Origin: Emiliania huxleyi CCMP1516
Lineage: Eukaryota
Length of the DNA: 64,000 nucleotides
Assembly (NCBI RefSeq): GCF_000372725.1
Contig: NW_005201984.1
Span: forward strand, 310,001 to 374,000
Direction: 5' to 3'
Below are positions 10,366 through 22,023 of the stretch, piece by piece. Under the pieces are notes generated by a model, which worked only from the letters and a program-made list of their open reading frames with translations, had not been told where the DNA came from and made no database searches. Position numbers and translations under genes: made by a program. The stretch's first letter is position 1. Every line of letters starts with the position of its first letter.

Positions 10366-13285
10366 ATGCATAGGATGCGGCTCCACCTGCTTCTGGTTCT
10401 CGCCACGCAGCGCAGCGACTGCCTCCGACCTCGACTCCCGCCGAGGCCGAGCCCGCCACGCCGAGACCGATTGCCGGTGCCTCGCCTAACCTCGGTGCCC
10501 AAGCCGGGCGCGAAGCCCTGTGGCGACGACCTCGACCGCAGAATCGCGTCGCTGGCGGGACCGGCGGTGCTCTCCTTCCTCATCCTTCCGATTGCGCAGG
10601 CCACCGATCTCTTCTGGGTCGGAAGAATGGGAGAGGCTCTCGCGCTCGCAGGCCAGGCGGCGGCAAGCCAGCTGTACTCGACGCTCAGCTTTTTAACATC
10701 GACGCTGCCGACGATCACCGTCCCTCGCATCGCCGCCGCGCGCGCCGCCGGCGACGACGCGGCCGTGCAAGAGGCGATTGGCGAGGCGCTGGCGCTCTCT
10801 TGCGCGCTCGCGCTGGTGCTCGGCGCTGTGCTGTGGCGCTTTCAGCGGCCCGCGCTGCTCTACCTCGGCAACCCGAACGCGCTGCCGTGGGCGCTCGGCT
10901 ACTCGGCAGGCGAGAGCATCCGTGAGCTCAACTGATCCGAGACGAGCCGAGATCACCCGAGATCACCCGAGATGAACCGCGCTGGAGACGAGCCGAGATG
11001 TCTCGGAGGTTTAGATCTCGGAGGTTGACTCGAGAAAAACCTTGAGACCGCCCGAGATCACCCTCCGCCACCGTCCGGAGCCGCAGGCCGACTGCCGGGC
11101 GTGCTTGCCGAGGCGGTCGGGCTGATCGGGTACGCGGCCTTTCGCGGGGCGATGGACACGGTCACACCGCTCAAGATCACCGCGGCCTCCAGCGCGGTGA
11201 GCCCGCCCGACCCGCAGCCCGACCCGCAGGTCTCACCTTCAGCGCAGTGGAGTGAGGAGTCGTGCAGTCACTCAGGCGAACGTCCTGCTCGACCCGCTAC
11301 TCATCTTCAGCGCACGCCTCGGCGTCGCCGGCGCCGGCCTCGCCACCAGCGCCTCGCAGTGGCTCGCTGCCGCCGCCTACCTCTCCCTGCTGCTGAGGCA
11401 CGCTCCCCGCCTCCCACCCCTCGCCCTCTCCCCACACACCCTCTCCACGTCCAACCTCGGGCCACCTCGGGCCACCTCGGGCCATCTCGGGCCATCTCGG
11501 GCCATCTCGGGCCACCTCGGGCCATCTCGGGCCATCTCGGGCCACCTCGGGCCATCTCGGGCCACCTCGGGCCACCTCGGGCCATCTCGGGCCATCTCGG
11601 GCCATCTCGGGCCACCTCGGGCCATCTCGGGCCACCTCGGGCCACCTCGGGCCATCTCGGGCCATCTCGGGCCACCTCGGGCCATCTCGGGCCATCTCGG
11701 GCCACCTCGGGCCATCTCGGGCCATCTCGGGCCACCTCGGGCCATCTCGGGCCACCTCGGGCCATCTCGGGGGCAGGCGCAAGCTCGTCCGCTGGGCAAC
11801 CATCCTCCGGCTGCCGAGCCGCGCTGCCCTCGCGCGCATCGCCGCCGCGGGCGGGGCGGTGCAGGTCCGGTCGCTCGCGCTCAATCTCGCCTTCCTCTCC
11901 ATCACGAGGCGAGAAGGCTGCGAGATCTCGCTGAGACCTCGCCGAGAGACGGAGTAGTGGCGATGTGCGATGCGGTAGGCGCGTGCAGAGCCTCGACTCT
12001 TCGGGGGTCGCGGCTGCGGCGCACGCCGTCACTCTCCAGCTCTGGCAGATCGGAGGCGAGATCTAGCCGAGATCTGAGATCTGGCCGAGATCTGGCCGTC
12101 ACTCTCCAACTCTGGCAGATCGGAGGCGCCTCCCGCCTCCCGCCACTCCTTGGATACGAGATCCGCCGATCCGCCGGGATCGCTCAGCCCTCTCCGACTC
12201 GCTCTCTCAGCAGCTTCCACCCCCCCCCCCCCCCCCCCTCCCTTCCCGATCAAGGCGTCGTCCTCTTCGCCCTGTCGACGGTCGCCGCTTGCACCTCCCT
12301 GCCGAGCGACACACACCCCACCCTGCTCAACAGCCACCACGCCACCGTGTCCCCCCCCCTCCTCCCCCGCGCCGTCTCCTTCCACTCAGCTCTCCTCTGC
12401 GCCGCTGCCCCACAGGTCGCCTCCATCATCGTCCCCGCCGAGCTGAGCTCCTCCAAAGGCGCCGAGGCGACCGCCGCCGCACGCGCTGCCGCGTCGCGCC
12501 TCCTCTGCTGGGGCGTCGTCCTCGGCGCTCTGCTCGGCGCCGTGCAGCTCGCCGCCCTCCCTCTCCTCGGCCTCTTCTCCACGCTGCCAGAGGCGCGGCG
12601 GCCACACGCAGCCACCTCGGCCGCATCCCGGCCGCATCCCGGCCGTGTCTCCGTCGCAGGTGCGGCGGGCGGCCGTCGCGCCGTCGGTGCTCGGCGCGGT
12701 ACTGCAGCTCTTCAACGGCGTCACTTTCATCGGCGAGGGTGCGGCTCCTTCAGACGAGCCGAGATATGGGGAGGTATGGGGAGATATGGGGAGGGTGCGG
12801 CTCCTTCAGACGAGCCGAGATGGCCCGAGATGAGCCGAGATCGGCTCCATCGAGGCGCGGCTCAGCCGCGGCCCACACACACCTCCACACCGGGACTCCG
12901 CCGTCTTCCGCCGCCTGGAGCCTGCGCTTGGCTCCGTCACTCGAGCCCTACTGTTCGGACCCGCTGTAGGCGTGATGGTTGGGACGCAGTCCTTCTCCGC
13001 TCTCGCCGCCGGGCAGGTGGTCGCCACGGCCGCCCTCCTCGCCGGCTTGCGCCGCGCCCACTCCCTCACCGCGGTTTGGTGGTGCTTCTGGCTTTTCAAC
13101 GGCGTGCCGCTCCCAAACGTGCTCTGCCTGGACACTTCCCGGACCGTCCCTGGAATCGTCCTGTAGGTGTGCGGCTTGCCAACGTGCTCTGCCACCACTT
13201 CGTGCGAGGCCCGCTCGCGGGCGAGCCGCCCCACGGGCTGAGGTGGGCGGCGCGGCGGCGGGGAAGAAGGGCCGGGACCAGCTGA
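10366..13285 (+). CDS. MATE (DinF/DTX-like) efflux transporter, multi-exon, probably plastid-targeted
   Basis: LDRRIASLAGPAVLSFLILPIAQATDLFWVGRMG, YAAFRGAMDTVTPLK, NVLLDPLLIFSARLGVAGAGLATSASQW, AAAHAVTLQLWQ and LQLFNGVTFIGEG are MATE motifs. The N-terminus is signal/transit-like. Confidence 0.88.
11455..11770. repeat. Intronic 10-bp minisatellite (GCCAYCTCGG)n, ~31 copies
   Basis: Direct reading; lies inside a MATE intron. Confidence 0.97.
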
Positions 13286-13572
13286 GTTGCAGCCTCCTCC
13301 ACACACAGATTTGGTCCACCTGTGTTAGTGCGCGCAGTCCCGTGCCCAGTGTCGCGACTGCAAAATTCGTTATTTGCACACTTGCTGTGCTCACATGCGC
13401 GCTCGATCGCCTCTTCGCCTCCCTCCGCGGCCGAGCACGGCACGCTCTCGATCCACGCTCAACCGCTCAAGGTGCTCGTACGAGTTCGACGCGCCTGGTG
13501 CAGCTCCCCTGCGCCCCCTGGGCCGCTCGCGGCACGCGGGTTCGCCCGAGGAGAATTTGCGCGAGTGCGCCA

Positions 13573-13810
13573 ATGGGCCCCTATGATGGCTCTGAAGGCT
13601 GGTTGGCCTTTTTCTTTTTTCTATACCCTGGGGGACCCCAAGTTGGCGTCCGACCGAAATGAATCTTGCATTGCGTTTCGAAGCTGCACGCCCGCACTGT
13701 GAGGCACATTATGGGGGCGGGGCCATGCTGGTCTGACTCTGTGAGTACTGATGAGAGGACTCTCTCTCAGCACGCATCGGTGTTGAGGCTCCCACAAGAG
13801 TCGGCGGTCC
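13573..13810 (+). repeat. Dispersed repeat, copy A (inverted copy at 20294-20541)
   Basis: tatgatgg..aaggctggttggcctttttc..ttgcgtttcgaagctgcac..ggcacatta is shared in reverse complement with 20294-20541. Confidence 0.8.
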
Positions 13811-14056
13811 CATGGCTGACGCTCGAGTATCACGAGCAGCTGCTCTCAAGTGCCAGTTCGCCACCGCGGCCCTCTGCCCACTGACGACTGAGTGGGTGCT
13901 GTGTGTTCGTTCGGCGTCCCGACGAGCTCTATACACATATGCTTGTACAGTACACTACCCGCGTACGGGCCATGCGCAGAGAGGCAAAGGCAGCCGTGAG
14001 ACGGGGGCACCGCCGTGGCCGACGTTCTTGCGTGCACAGCTTGCGGTACTGGGGTG

Positions 14057-15292
14057 CTACGCGGCATAGTAGCTCGACGGGTAGACAAACTCGGTCGCCG
14101 CCTCGGCACGCTCGCACATTGGGTGGTAGCATGCCGCCGGGTTGATGGAGAGGCCCGTCTTGGCGCCGCAGCTGCTGTACTTGTCCAGGGCCGATCGCAG
14201 AAGCCTCGACCCCGCCGGGAGTCTCTTGCCAAAGTGGAGGCCGACCGAGCCGATGGCGGCCAGGCGGGGCCAGACCACTGCGTCTGTGTACTCGTCTAAG
14301 TTCGGCCCTTCGCCCACGGGTGCTTGGATGTCGATTGCGGCGGTGGGCACGCTCCAGCAGCCCGTGGCGTTGGCGGCTGGTACGATCTTCTTCACAACCA
14401 CCCCAAACGAGAGCGGCAGGGCGGCGGCGTCGCGGAAGAGCCCGCCCTGCACGGCTGCAACGAAAGTCGACCACTCGGTGTCGATTTGCACATTCTCGAT
14501 GGCGAGGCCCGGGGCGAGGAGCGGTTGAGGCGCGCTGTCGAGAGAGAAGGTGCCGCCAATCATCGCGAGGCGGAGCAGCCCAGTCAGGGAGAGGAAGCCG
14601 GGGACCGCACTCACGACGAAGGACGGGAGAGGAATGCCGGCTACGGCGTTGAAGAGGCGCATGCCGAGAGACGCACCCCACGATGTGCCGTCGGTTTCGC
14701 TTTGCGTGTGGCGCTCCACGACGACCGAGTGAAGCGAGAAGAAGGCGAGGGACGCCCCCGTGAGTGCGTCCTCTGGCAAGGGTGCGGAGGCGGGAAGCCA
14801 CTGAGATGAGATGCTGTAGAAGGCAGGTCGCGGCATAGCAAAGTCGGGCTTGAGGCAGACCCCGTCAATCTGGCCCGACGATGCGGCGAGGAGCTTGTTG
14901 GTCAGGTCAGGGCCGGCGTCGTATTTGATGCCATCAACGCGAAAATTCTTGACAAAGTCGTAGAGGAATGCCGCCTCAGCACCAAAGACAAAATTTGCTG
15001 AGCCGCCCGTGAGGTGCCCATTAATGGAGATGCTGGATGCCGCCGGCGCAAACGTCGGCCGCCCAAGTGCCTCCGCGATTTGGGCGTAGGTGAGCCGCCC
15101 GTCGATGCAGATGGTTCCATCGTTTTGCTCTACAACGCTGCCTTCGCAGAGGGCTGCCGGCGTCGTCGCTGAGGGGAAGCCGTCGTGCCACAGCGAAGCT
15201 TGGTGCGGTGGCAAGGAGCCGCCGCGGCAGTAGGAGAGCTCGTCGTCAAAGGGCCACAGGCCGACTGCGCCAGCGACGAGCAGAAGAGTCAT
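14057..15292 (-). CDS. Divergent FAD-linked oxidase (VAO/PCMH, aldonolactone-oxidase-like), intronless, possibly secreted
   Basis: ISINGHLTGGSA resembles the 'TvGGa.a.g.HG' FAD segment and GLHFGK resembles the C-terminal RPHWGK motif. The N-terminus is hydrophobic. Confidence 0.5.
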   Translation of the reverse strand: MTLLLVAGAVGLWPFDDELSYCRGGSLPPHQASLWHDGFPSATTPAALCEGSVVEQNDGTICIDGRLTYAQIAEALGRPTFAPAASSISINGHLTGGSANFVFGAEAAFLYDFVKNFRVDGIKYDAGPDLTNKLLAASSGQIDGVCLKPDFAMPRPAFYSISSQWLPASAPLPEDALTGASLAFFSLHSVVVERHTQSETDGTSWGASLGMRLFNAVAGIPLPSFVVSAVPGFLSLTGLLRLAMIGGTFSLDSAPQPLLAPGLAIENVQIDTEWSTFVAAVQGGLFRDAAALPLSFGVVVKKIVPAANATGCWSVPTAAIDIQAPVGEGPNLDEYTDAVVWPRLAAIGSVGLHFGKRLPAGSRLLRSALDKYSSCGAKTGLSINPAACYHPMCERAEAATEFVYPSSYYAA

Positions 15293-15551
15293 AGAGCGCG
15301 AGCGAAGGTTGTAGGTGAGCCAAGCAAGCAAGGTGTCGCGGGCGGCAGCGGCAGCGTGTCATGATTTTCCGCGAATTTTCCTTCCTTGCAAAATGTAAAA
15401 AGTAGGAGGAGGAGTTCTCCCAGGAATTGCGACTCGCCGCTTTCCCCCACTGTGATTCTGTGTGAGCTCTGTGTCTTGATTTGCCAACAACAAAGGTAAA
15501 AGGTCTTCTGGGTGAAACTTCTGAGGTTGACACACGGTGCAGCAAGCAATA

Positions 15552-17076
15552 ATGCGACACCCCGGTGCACGGCCCAAATTTCCGTCACCTCCGGAGGCGG
15601 CTCGAGGAGACGTATCGGTTGTCGGTGGGCGCCCCGCCCACAACGGTGGTGGTCTTTGGACAAAGCTGCCGAAGCCGGTAGTCAACCTCCCCTTCCGCCA
15701 AGACGGCCAGGCTGGCGGCTGCGCGCCTTCAGCCGAGCCGCGCCTGAGGCCAACGTTCTGGCTTGCGCCCAGCCTGCACACATTGGCCCTGGCGCACCGG
15801 CCGGTGGATTGGGGCAGGCAGTTCACATTGCCGGAGAGCAGCACCTCGGCGCCGCCTGTCTCGTTGGGAAGACGGCGTCTCGCACCGCAAAGCGCCGCGT
15901 TAGACGACAATGTGTCCAATCTCGTATCGCAAAGCGCCGCGTTAGACGACAATGTGTCCAACTGGGAGCACACGCAGTACTATGTGCTCCAGCATGCGCT
16001 CATTCACCAGCTCTCGCGTCACCAGGTTTGCACGTCCCTGCCTTCCACATCTCCGCCCACGCTCCTCCCCATCACCCCTCCCCACCGTGGCACAGTCGTG
16101 CAGCAACGACTCGGAGTCCGCCTCGGTTTGCTTCATCGCCAGTCCACCCTTTGGGAAGTGCCACGATTGGAGGGCAATTTGCCCGGGGAGGCGGGTGTAC
16201 GCTGTCGATGTGGCGGACGTGGAGCTGAAGAATGCCAAGGGCTCGTCGGGCGAGCTGTGCGCGACGCTCTGGAGCTGCAACGCGTCGCGCGAGTACCCTG
16301 ACGTGGTCCGGGTGACTGGTAACCCACCGCTGCTGCGGCGCCATCCCAACCGCCAGGCGTGTGCCTTGAAGACCGAGCACTTGCGGAAGACGCTCTCGTT
16401 GCCCTATATGTCGCACTCGCGTGGCGGAAAGTGCCACGGCGGCTCGGCGGAGGAACGGCGACCCTTCCTCGTTGCGCTCGCCGCCTCTCCATTTGGCCAT
16501 TTTCAAGGCGACTATTATTATCGGGCACGCGAGCTGCGCTCGTCGCTCGCCTTTGGCTGCCTCCAGCGCATGGCGCTCTGCACCATTGTGACCCCGAATC
16601 AGATGGGGACCAACATGGAGAGGGTCTACCTCGCCTATCGCAGGTCAGTCTTCTGCTTGCAACCGCCAGGCGACTCGATCGCACGTGCGGCCATCGTCGA
16701 CGCATTGGCCGCGGGCTGCATACCAGTGCTCTTGCACCCGCGGCAGCCCTCCCTCTGGCCCTGGCACTGGAGTGCCGACGAGGTGAGCGTGCTCTTTGAC
16801 TGGACCGACCGGCGGGGCGTCCGCCTCTACCCCAGCCCCTCTCGCCGCAGCCGCCTCTCTTTCTCTGGCCCCAACGCGAGCGCGCTCTTCGCACAGCTGG
16901 AAGCCATCCCACCGGCGGTGATCCAGGAGAAGCAGCGCGCGATCGCGAGGGTGGTGGATGGCATGACGTACCGCGGCGAGACTGTGGGGCAGAGCGCCTG
17001 CCGGCGACCGGAGAGCCGCGACGCATTCGACCTCTTTCTCGGAGGCGCGCTGGAAGGCCGGCCAGTACATCGGTGA
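15552..17076 (+). CDS. Exostosin-family (GT47) glycosyltransferase
   Basis: YRRSVFCLQPPGDSIARAAIVDALAAGCIPVL...WPWHW is the GT47 signature. Intron ~16026-16095; start uncertain. Confidence 0.85.
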
Positions 17077-17462
17077 GGGGGTGTGCTATGAGGGTATCAA
17101 GCGAACCAGTTTGGACCATGTTTAGACCCGGTTCAGGGTTCGTGAGTGAAATTTCACCCTTTCACTTTCACATGTGAATTCATGTGAATACAATTTCACA
17201 TGAAACGTTTCGGCCGCCCCCGTTTCACTGAAAATTTCACAAGTTTGCATCCAAACGCGGTGAAAGCGACGAAGTATAGAAAGGAGAGAGCCCAACCGAG
17301 TAACTAGTGAGAGGAGGTGCGAGAGCAGCTTGGTTCGTGAGGTGTGTCCTGCTCGGGGCTCAGGCGCTCGAGGACGTGTGTGTAGCCTCAATGTTCTTTT
17401 AATGCGCGCCCCCGCCGAAATACACCAACACGCGACGCGACCTCTTAAGGAGCACCGTGTCG

Positions 17463-17690
17463 TTAGGGTTAGGGTTAGGGTTAGGGTTAGGGTTAGGGTT
17501 AGGGTTAGGGTCAGAGAGTCCAAGCCGTTGTGTGCAGCTTTTAACAGCAAATGGTCCGGTTTGGGCCGAAACCAAATGGAGAAATCAGCGGTCCGTCGAC
17601 CCGAACTCTCGGTGAACGCTTTGGGTTCTTCGGGCTAGGGTTAGGGTTAGGGTTAGGGTTAGGGGTTAGGGTAAGGGTTAGGGTTAGGGT
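17463..17690 (+). repeat. Two interstitial telomeric (TTAGGG)n tracts (17463-17510, ~17635-17690)
   Basis: Direct reading. Confidence 0.95.
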
Positions 17691-17765
17691 ACGTTGGTTG
17701 TCGTCGCACGCTCTCGATATCTGGCTAAGACGAGACACAGCATCAGAGGCGACCCAAGCGACACA

Positions 17766-18444
17766 CCAGAGCACGGCCGCGGACGCGAGCCGCCATCTTG
17801 GACTGTGAGGCGAGTATTTGCCACCGGGAGCTCGCCGCCGCCCCCTACACCGCCGCCGCCGCCCTCCCGCAGGCCAGATAATAGCCCAAGTCGAAGAGTG
17901 CGCGCCGCCCTCGGTATCTGGGTGGCAGGCGGGACTAGAGAGGCACGCCAGAGCACGGCCGGGGACGCGAGCCGCCATCTTGGACTGTGAGGCGAGTATT
18001 TGCCACCGGGAGCTCGCCGCCGCCCCTACACCGCCGCCGCCGCGCTCCCGGTGGCAAATAATAGCTCAAGTCGAAGAGTGCGCCCCGCCCTCGGTATCTG
18101 GGTGGCAGGCGGGACTAGAGAGGCACGCCAGAGCACGGCCGCGGACGCGAGCCGCCATCTTGGACTGTGAGGCGAGTATTTGCCACCGGGAGCTCGCCGC
18201 CGCCCCTACACCGCCGCCGCCGCCCTCCCGAGGCCAGATAATAGCCCAAGTCGAAGAGTGCGCCCCGCCCTCGGTATCTGGGTGGCAGGCGGGACTAGAG
18301 AGGCACGCCAGAGCACGGCCGGGGGCGCGAGCCGCCATCTTGGACTGTGAGGCGAGTATTTGCCACCGGGAGCTCGCCGCCGCCCCTACACCGCCGCCGC
18401 CGCCCTCCCGAGGCCAGATAATAGCCCAAGTCGAAGAGTGCGCC
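17766..18444. repeat. 180-bp tandem repeat, ~3.8 copies
   Basis: aggcacgcca recurs at 17941, 18121 and 18301. Confidence 0.95.
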
Positions 18445-19688
18445 GCTCGGAAAAGTGAAATTTCGTTTCACATGAAATGTGAAGTGAAAGTGAAAGTGAA
18501 ATCGATTCGCTGTTTCCATGTGAAATCACGAACCCTGACCCGGTTTAGACCACACTGCTGAACACCAACCGGTCCTGACTCTCCTGTTCCGAGTTTACGA
18601 TACATGTAAACAGGACCGACACGAAAGGTCTCGGAAGGTTCACCTCTGAAATCTTCGTCATCATTTCAGGAGACGCGAGATTTGGGCTCCTCGGTGTTTG
18701 TGGCTCCTTCACCCCGCGGCCCCAGTCCCCACAGCAACGCCGATGCCCAGGGAGAGCCCGCGGCGACGAAGCCCGCCGGCAACCAGCACAGGCCAGAATA
18801 AACGCAAGCGCGATGAGCCGACGGACGCCAGCGTTGACCTCATGATCCGTTTCCCGCCACCTGCGCCGGCAGACGCCACCCCACCACCAACCAAGCAAAT
18901 GAAGCGACCGGATCCCCGTCCGCCCAGCCAAACGAGCCTCATGGGCGCGCCGAGCGGCCGCTGCAGCCCGGCGCCGTGGCTGCCACTGATGCACGCGAAG
19001 CTCCAGTCCTCGCTGCTGATGCGCAGCTACTCCGCGCTCAGCCTCGACAGCCTGGGCTCGGCGAGGCCTGTGTGTGGCAGCACCCGCTCCACATCGGCGC
19101 TCTCTAGTGCGAGCCGCGAGCCGACCCAGACGCCGCCCAGTTGCCCGGGCGCCTTTGAGCAGAGCCGCGAGCTCGGCCTCTGCCGCGCGCCCCCCCGCCC
19201 CCCAAGGCTTGTCTCCCGTTTGAGCCGGCAGCAATCTACCTAGTTTGTGTGCCGCATGTCCTCCGCACGTCCAACCCGCCGCCGCCCTTGTGGCAGCGCC
19301 CTCGGGTGGAACCGCTCTTAGCGCTGTCTAGAATATTGCTGACCACTACGTCTGCGCGAACTATCTACATACAGTGCGTGCTCTTGCCTTAGAAATCGGT
19401 GTTTAGAAATTGGCTGCTGGAAATTTGGCTGATTTCCCTGGCCGAAATAGAAATCGGCTGCTGGCACGAGGCCGGCCCGATTTCTCTGATCTGCCGCGCC
19501 GCAGGCGCGAAGAAAATTTTAGAAATCATACGACTTTTTAGAGAGAGGTCGTTCTTTCACTTTCTTCTCAGTCTACAGTCATGGTGAAACGCAATTTTCA
19601 CCCTCTCTATAGTGTGAACAGTGTGAGTCTTGGGCCCGGGGTTGTGTCTTTGCGTGAACAGTGACGCAACACGTCAAGTCCCTCATGC

Positions 19689-20194
19689 TCAGCTCTCTGG
19701 CGCCGGCTCCAGCAGGAGCCACCACTCGCTCGCGCCATAGTTGTCGGCGGCTAGCTTGCACGCGACACGGCCCGCGAGGTGCTTGGTGCCCGTCTCTTTC
19801 TGGGAGTACATGACGATGTGCGTCGCGTCAGGCTGACGCCACGAGGAGCCCACGCCGAAGTGCTGCACGGTGCCAACGTACCAGCCGGTGGCGCCGTCGA
19901 GGAGGTGCGCGGCGAGGATCTTGCGCCGGCACAGCGCGCGCTGCTCGTCGTCGTTCGCCAGCGGCGGGCACGTCGCCGCATAGACGTAGCCCTTCGGGGG
20001 CATTGCCGGAGCCTCGCCGCATGCCTGCATGCGCACGGCGGTGTCGTCCTCGTCCTCGTCCTCTGAGTCCTCCATGCCGTCCTCCGCCTCCTCCTCGCCC
20101 TCCTCCTCGCCCTCCTCCTCGCCCGCCGCCTCGTCGACATCGGCGAGCTCCGCCTCGTCCTCGTCCGCCTCGCTCTCCCCGCCGTCCGATCCGC
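19689..20194 (-). CDS. C-terminal fragment of an unknown, possibly transposon-encoded protein (acidic tract + SH3/Tudor-like domain); 5' part lost in the gap
   Basis: An acidic D/E run is followed by ..TGWYVGTV..HIVMY..NYGASEWWLLLE; coding-like GC3 bias. Confidence 0.45.
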
Positions 20195-20293
20195 NNNNNN
20201 NNNNNNNNNNNNNNNNNNNNNNNNNNNNNNNNNNNNNNNNNNNNNNNNNNNNNNNNNNNNNNNNNNNNNNNNNNNNNNNNNNNNNNNNNNNNN
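20195..20293. other. Assembly gap (N run)
   Basis: Run of n. Confidence 1.
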
Positions 20294-20541
20294 NGCCCGC
20301 CGGACTCTTTGGGGCAGCCCCAAAAAACGTTTCCGGAATGAGAGAGAGCTCCTCTCTCCAGAATCAACCGAGTCGAACCGCGCAGAGCCCTCGCCCCCCT
20401 TAATGTGCCTTCACAGGGCGGGAGTGCAGCTTCGAAACGCAAGACACGAGTCGTTTCGATCGGACCCCACTGTGGGTTCCCCCAGGTTATAGGAAAAAGG
20501 AAAAAGGCCAACCAGCCTTGAGAACCATCATAGAGGCCCAT
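20294..20541 (-). repeat. Dispersed repeat, copy B, inside the RPL7A intron next to the gap
   Basis: Reverse-complement similarity to 13573-13810. Confidence 0.75.
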
Positions 20542-20556
20542 GGGGGGGGGGGGCGC

Positions 20557-21261
20557 CTCTGGCCGCACGCCGGTGAGCGCGATGGCGGTCGCATTCTTCT
20601 GGTGCACGAGGGCGCCGATCCGCGCCTTGGAGGGGATGATGCAGTACGGGATGTCCATCTTGCGGCAGACGGCCGGCAGCCAGATGACCAGCTGAAGGGG
20701 GAGCAGGAGGGGCACCGGGGGTTAGGCTCTGTGCAACTAACCCCCGCAGGTCGGCGTCTGCCAAAGCCGCGCCTCGATCGGGTCCACGTCGGCGGCAATC
20801 ACGACCAGCTGCGCCTTCTTCTGCTCGCAGAGCTTGGTGATGTGGTGGATGCCGCACTTGATGAAGAGCGGCTTCTTCGACTCGTCCGCCTCCCCCTTCT
20901 CCACCTTCTCGGCCGACGCCTGCAGCCGCTCCTTCTTCTCCGCCTTGGACTCGGGCCGGTACTTGTGCAGCAGCTTGAAGAGGTTGGTCTGGACGTTCTT
21001 GTCGAGCTTGTTGGTGAACTGGTTGATCGACGGCGGCACCTTGAGCCGCTGGTACAGCACCTTGCGCTGCCGCTGGATCCGCACGTACTTTGGCCACCGC
21101 ACGTACCGCGTGAGGTTGCGCTTGGGAAGAATGTCCTGCCCGATGCCGAAGTGCTTCGGCTTGGCCTCCCAGACGGGGCCGGTGGGCTCCGGCTTCTTGG
21201 ACTTGGGCTCGGCGTACGGCGTCGGCGGCGGCGCCTTCTTGGACTTCGCTGCCTTGGGCAT
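20557..21261 (-). CDS. RPL7A: 60S ribosomal protein L7a (eL8); exons 21261-20773 and 20691-20557, 3' exon(s) not visible
   Basis: [47 protein letters not shown]...[37 protein letters not shown] intron. Confidence 0.95.
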
Positions 21262-22023
21262 GACTGCTCGTCTAGCACACGCGCCGGCACGCGCCCCCGA
21301 GTGTTTTTTTTTTCAGCAGTGTTGCTTGCAAGGTGAAGGAGAGTGACGGCGCGGCGCGCTGGGGCGCGCGCGGCCGCGGGGGCTGCCGCAGCCGTGTGTC
21401 CCCTGGGTGGGCGTGGGGGTGGGGGGGAGTCGAGAGGGGGAGGGGGCCAGGGCGGCCCAGGGGGGAGGCTGGGGGGGAGGCACCGCTCAGACCTACACAC
21501 AATGATGACCTACCTCAGTCCTCACCGCTCCACGTCCCCTGTACACCACTGTGCGTACCACATGCATGCGGCTTATCAACAGACAACGCACACTCAGCTC
21601 CAAAAACGTGTGAGTCGTGAGTCCGGTGACGATCGGTGATGCGCTACCCCGCTACCACTGCATCACTGCAATATTATACCTTTGCGACACTCCCTCTCGC
21701 TTATAATGTCGCAATACGCAAACCCAAACGAGTGTCAAGCAATTCATATAGATACGACCGCAACGCGGCGGCATTCGCAACTGCAACTCATGCTCAGAAC
21801 GCCGGCGCCCCGCCGTGTATGCGGGGCTCGATTAAGTAGCTTTGCAACCGCGCCGCGCGGGCAGAGCCGCCCCTGCGTGCGCCTCGCCCCGCTTCTGCTG
21901 CGCTGCCCACAGCCCTAGCTCCCGTCCGTGCGCCCTCCGCCCGCCCTCTCCCCTCCGGCCCCGCGGGCGGGAGGAGGCCTGAAGGCCCGAGCCCCGTGCG
22001 GGGCGCGATGGGGGGTGTCCGTC

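Larger units (their letters stand above)
17134..18537. mobile_element. Non-autonomous hAT-type element (1404 bp) with 12-bp TIRs and an 8-bp TSD
   Basis: TIRs CAGGGTTCGTGA / TCACGAACCCTG. Flanked by the perfect direct repeat ACCCGGTT (17126-17133, 18538-18545). Subterminal TTTCAC/GTGAAA arrays. Confidence 0.9.

Noticed and set aside
11101..12032. ORFs with GHLGPPRAIS / RWPEMARDGP repeats
   Set aside because: Translations of a 10-bp intronic minisatellite
17463..17690. TTAGGG tracts as a true chromosome end
   Set aside because: Short, internal and enclosed within a TIR/TSD-bounded element
17766..18444. 180-bp (and 191-bp at 35335-35965) arrays as CRISPR or as a repeat protein
   Set aside because: Whole units repeat with no unique spacers, there are no cas genes, and the context is eukaryotic. 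The 60-aa repeat ORF follows simply from the 180-bp period
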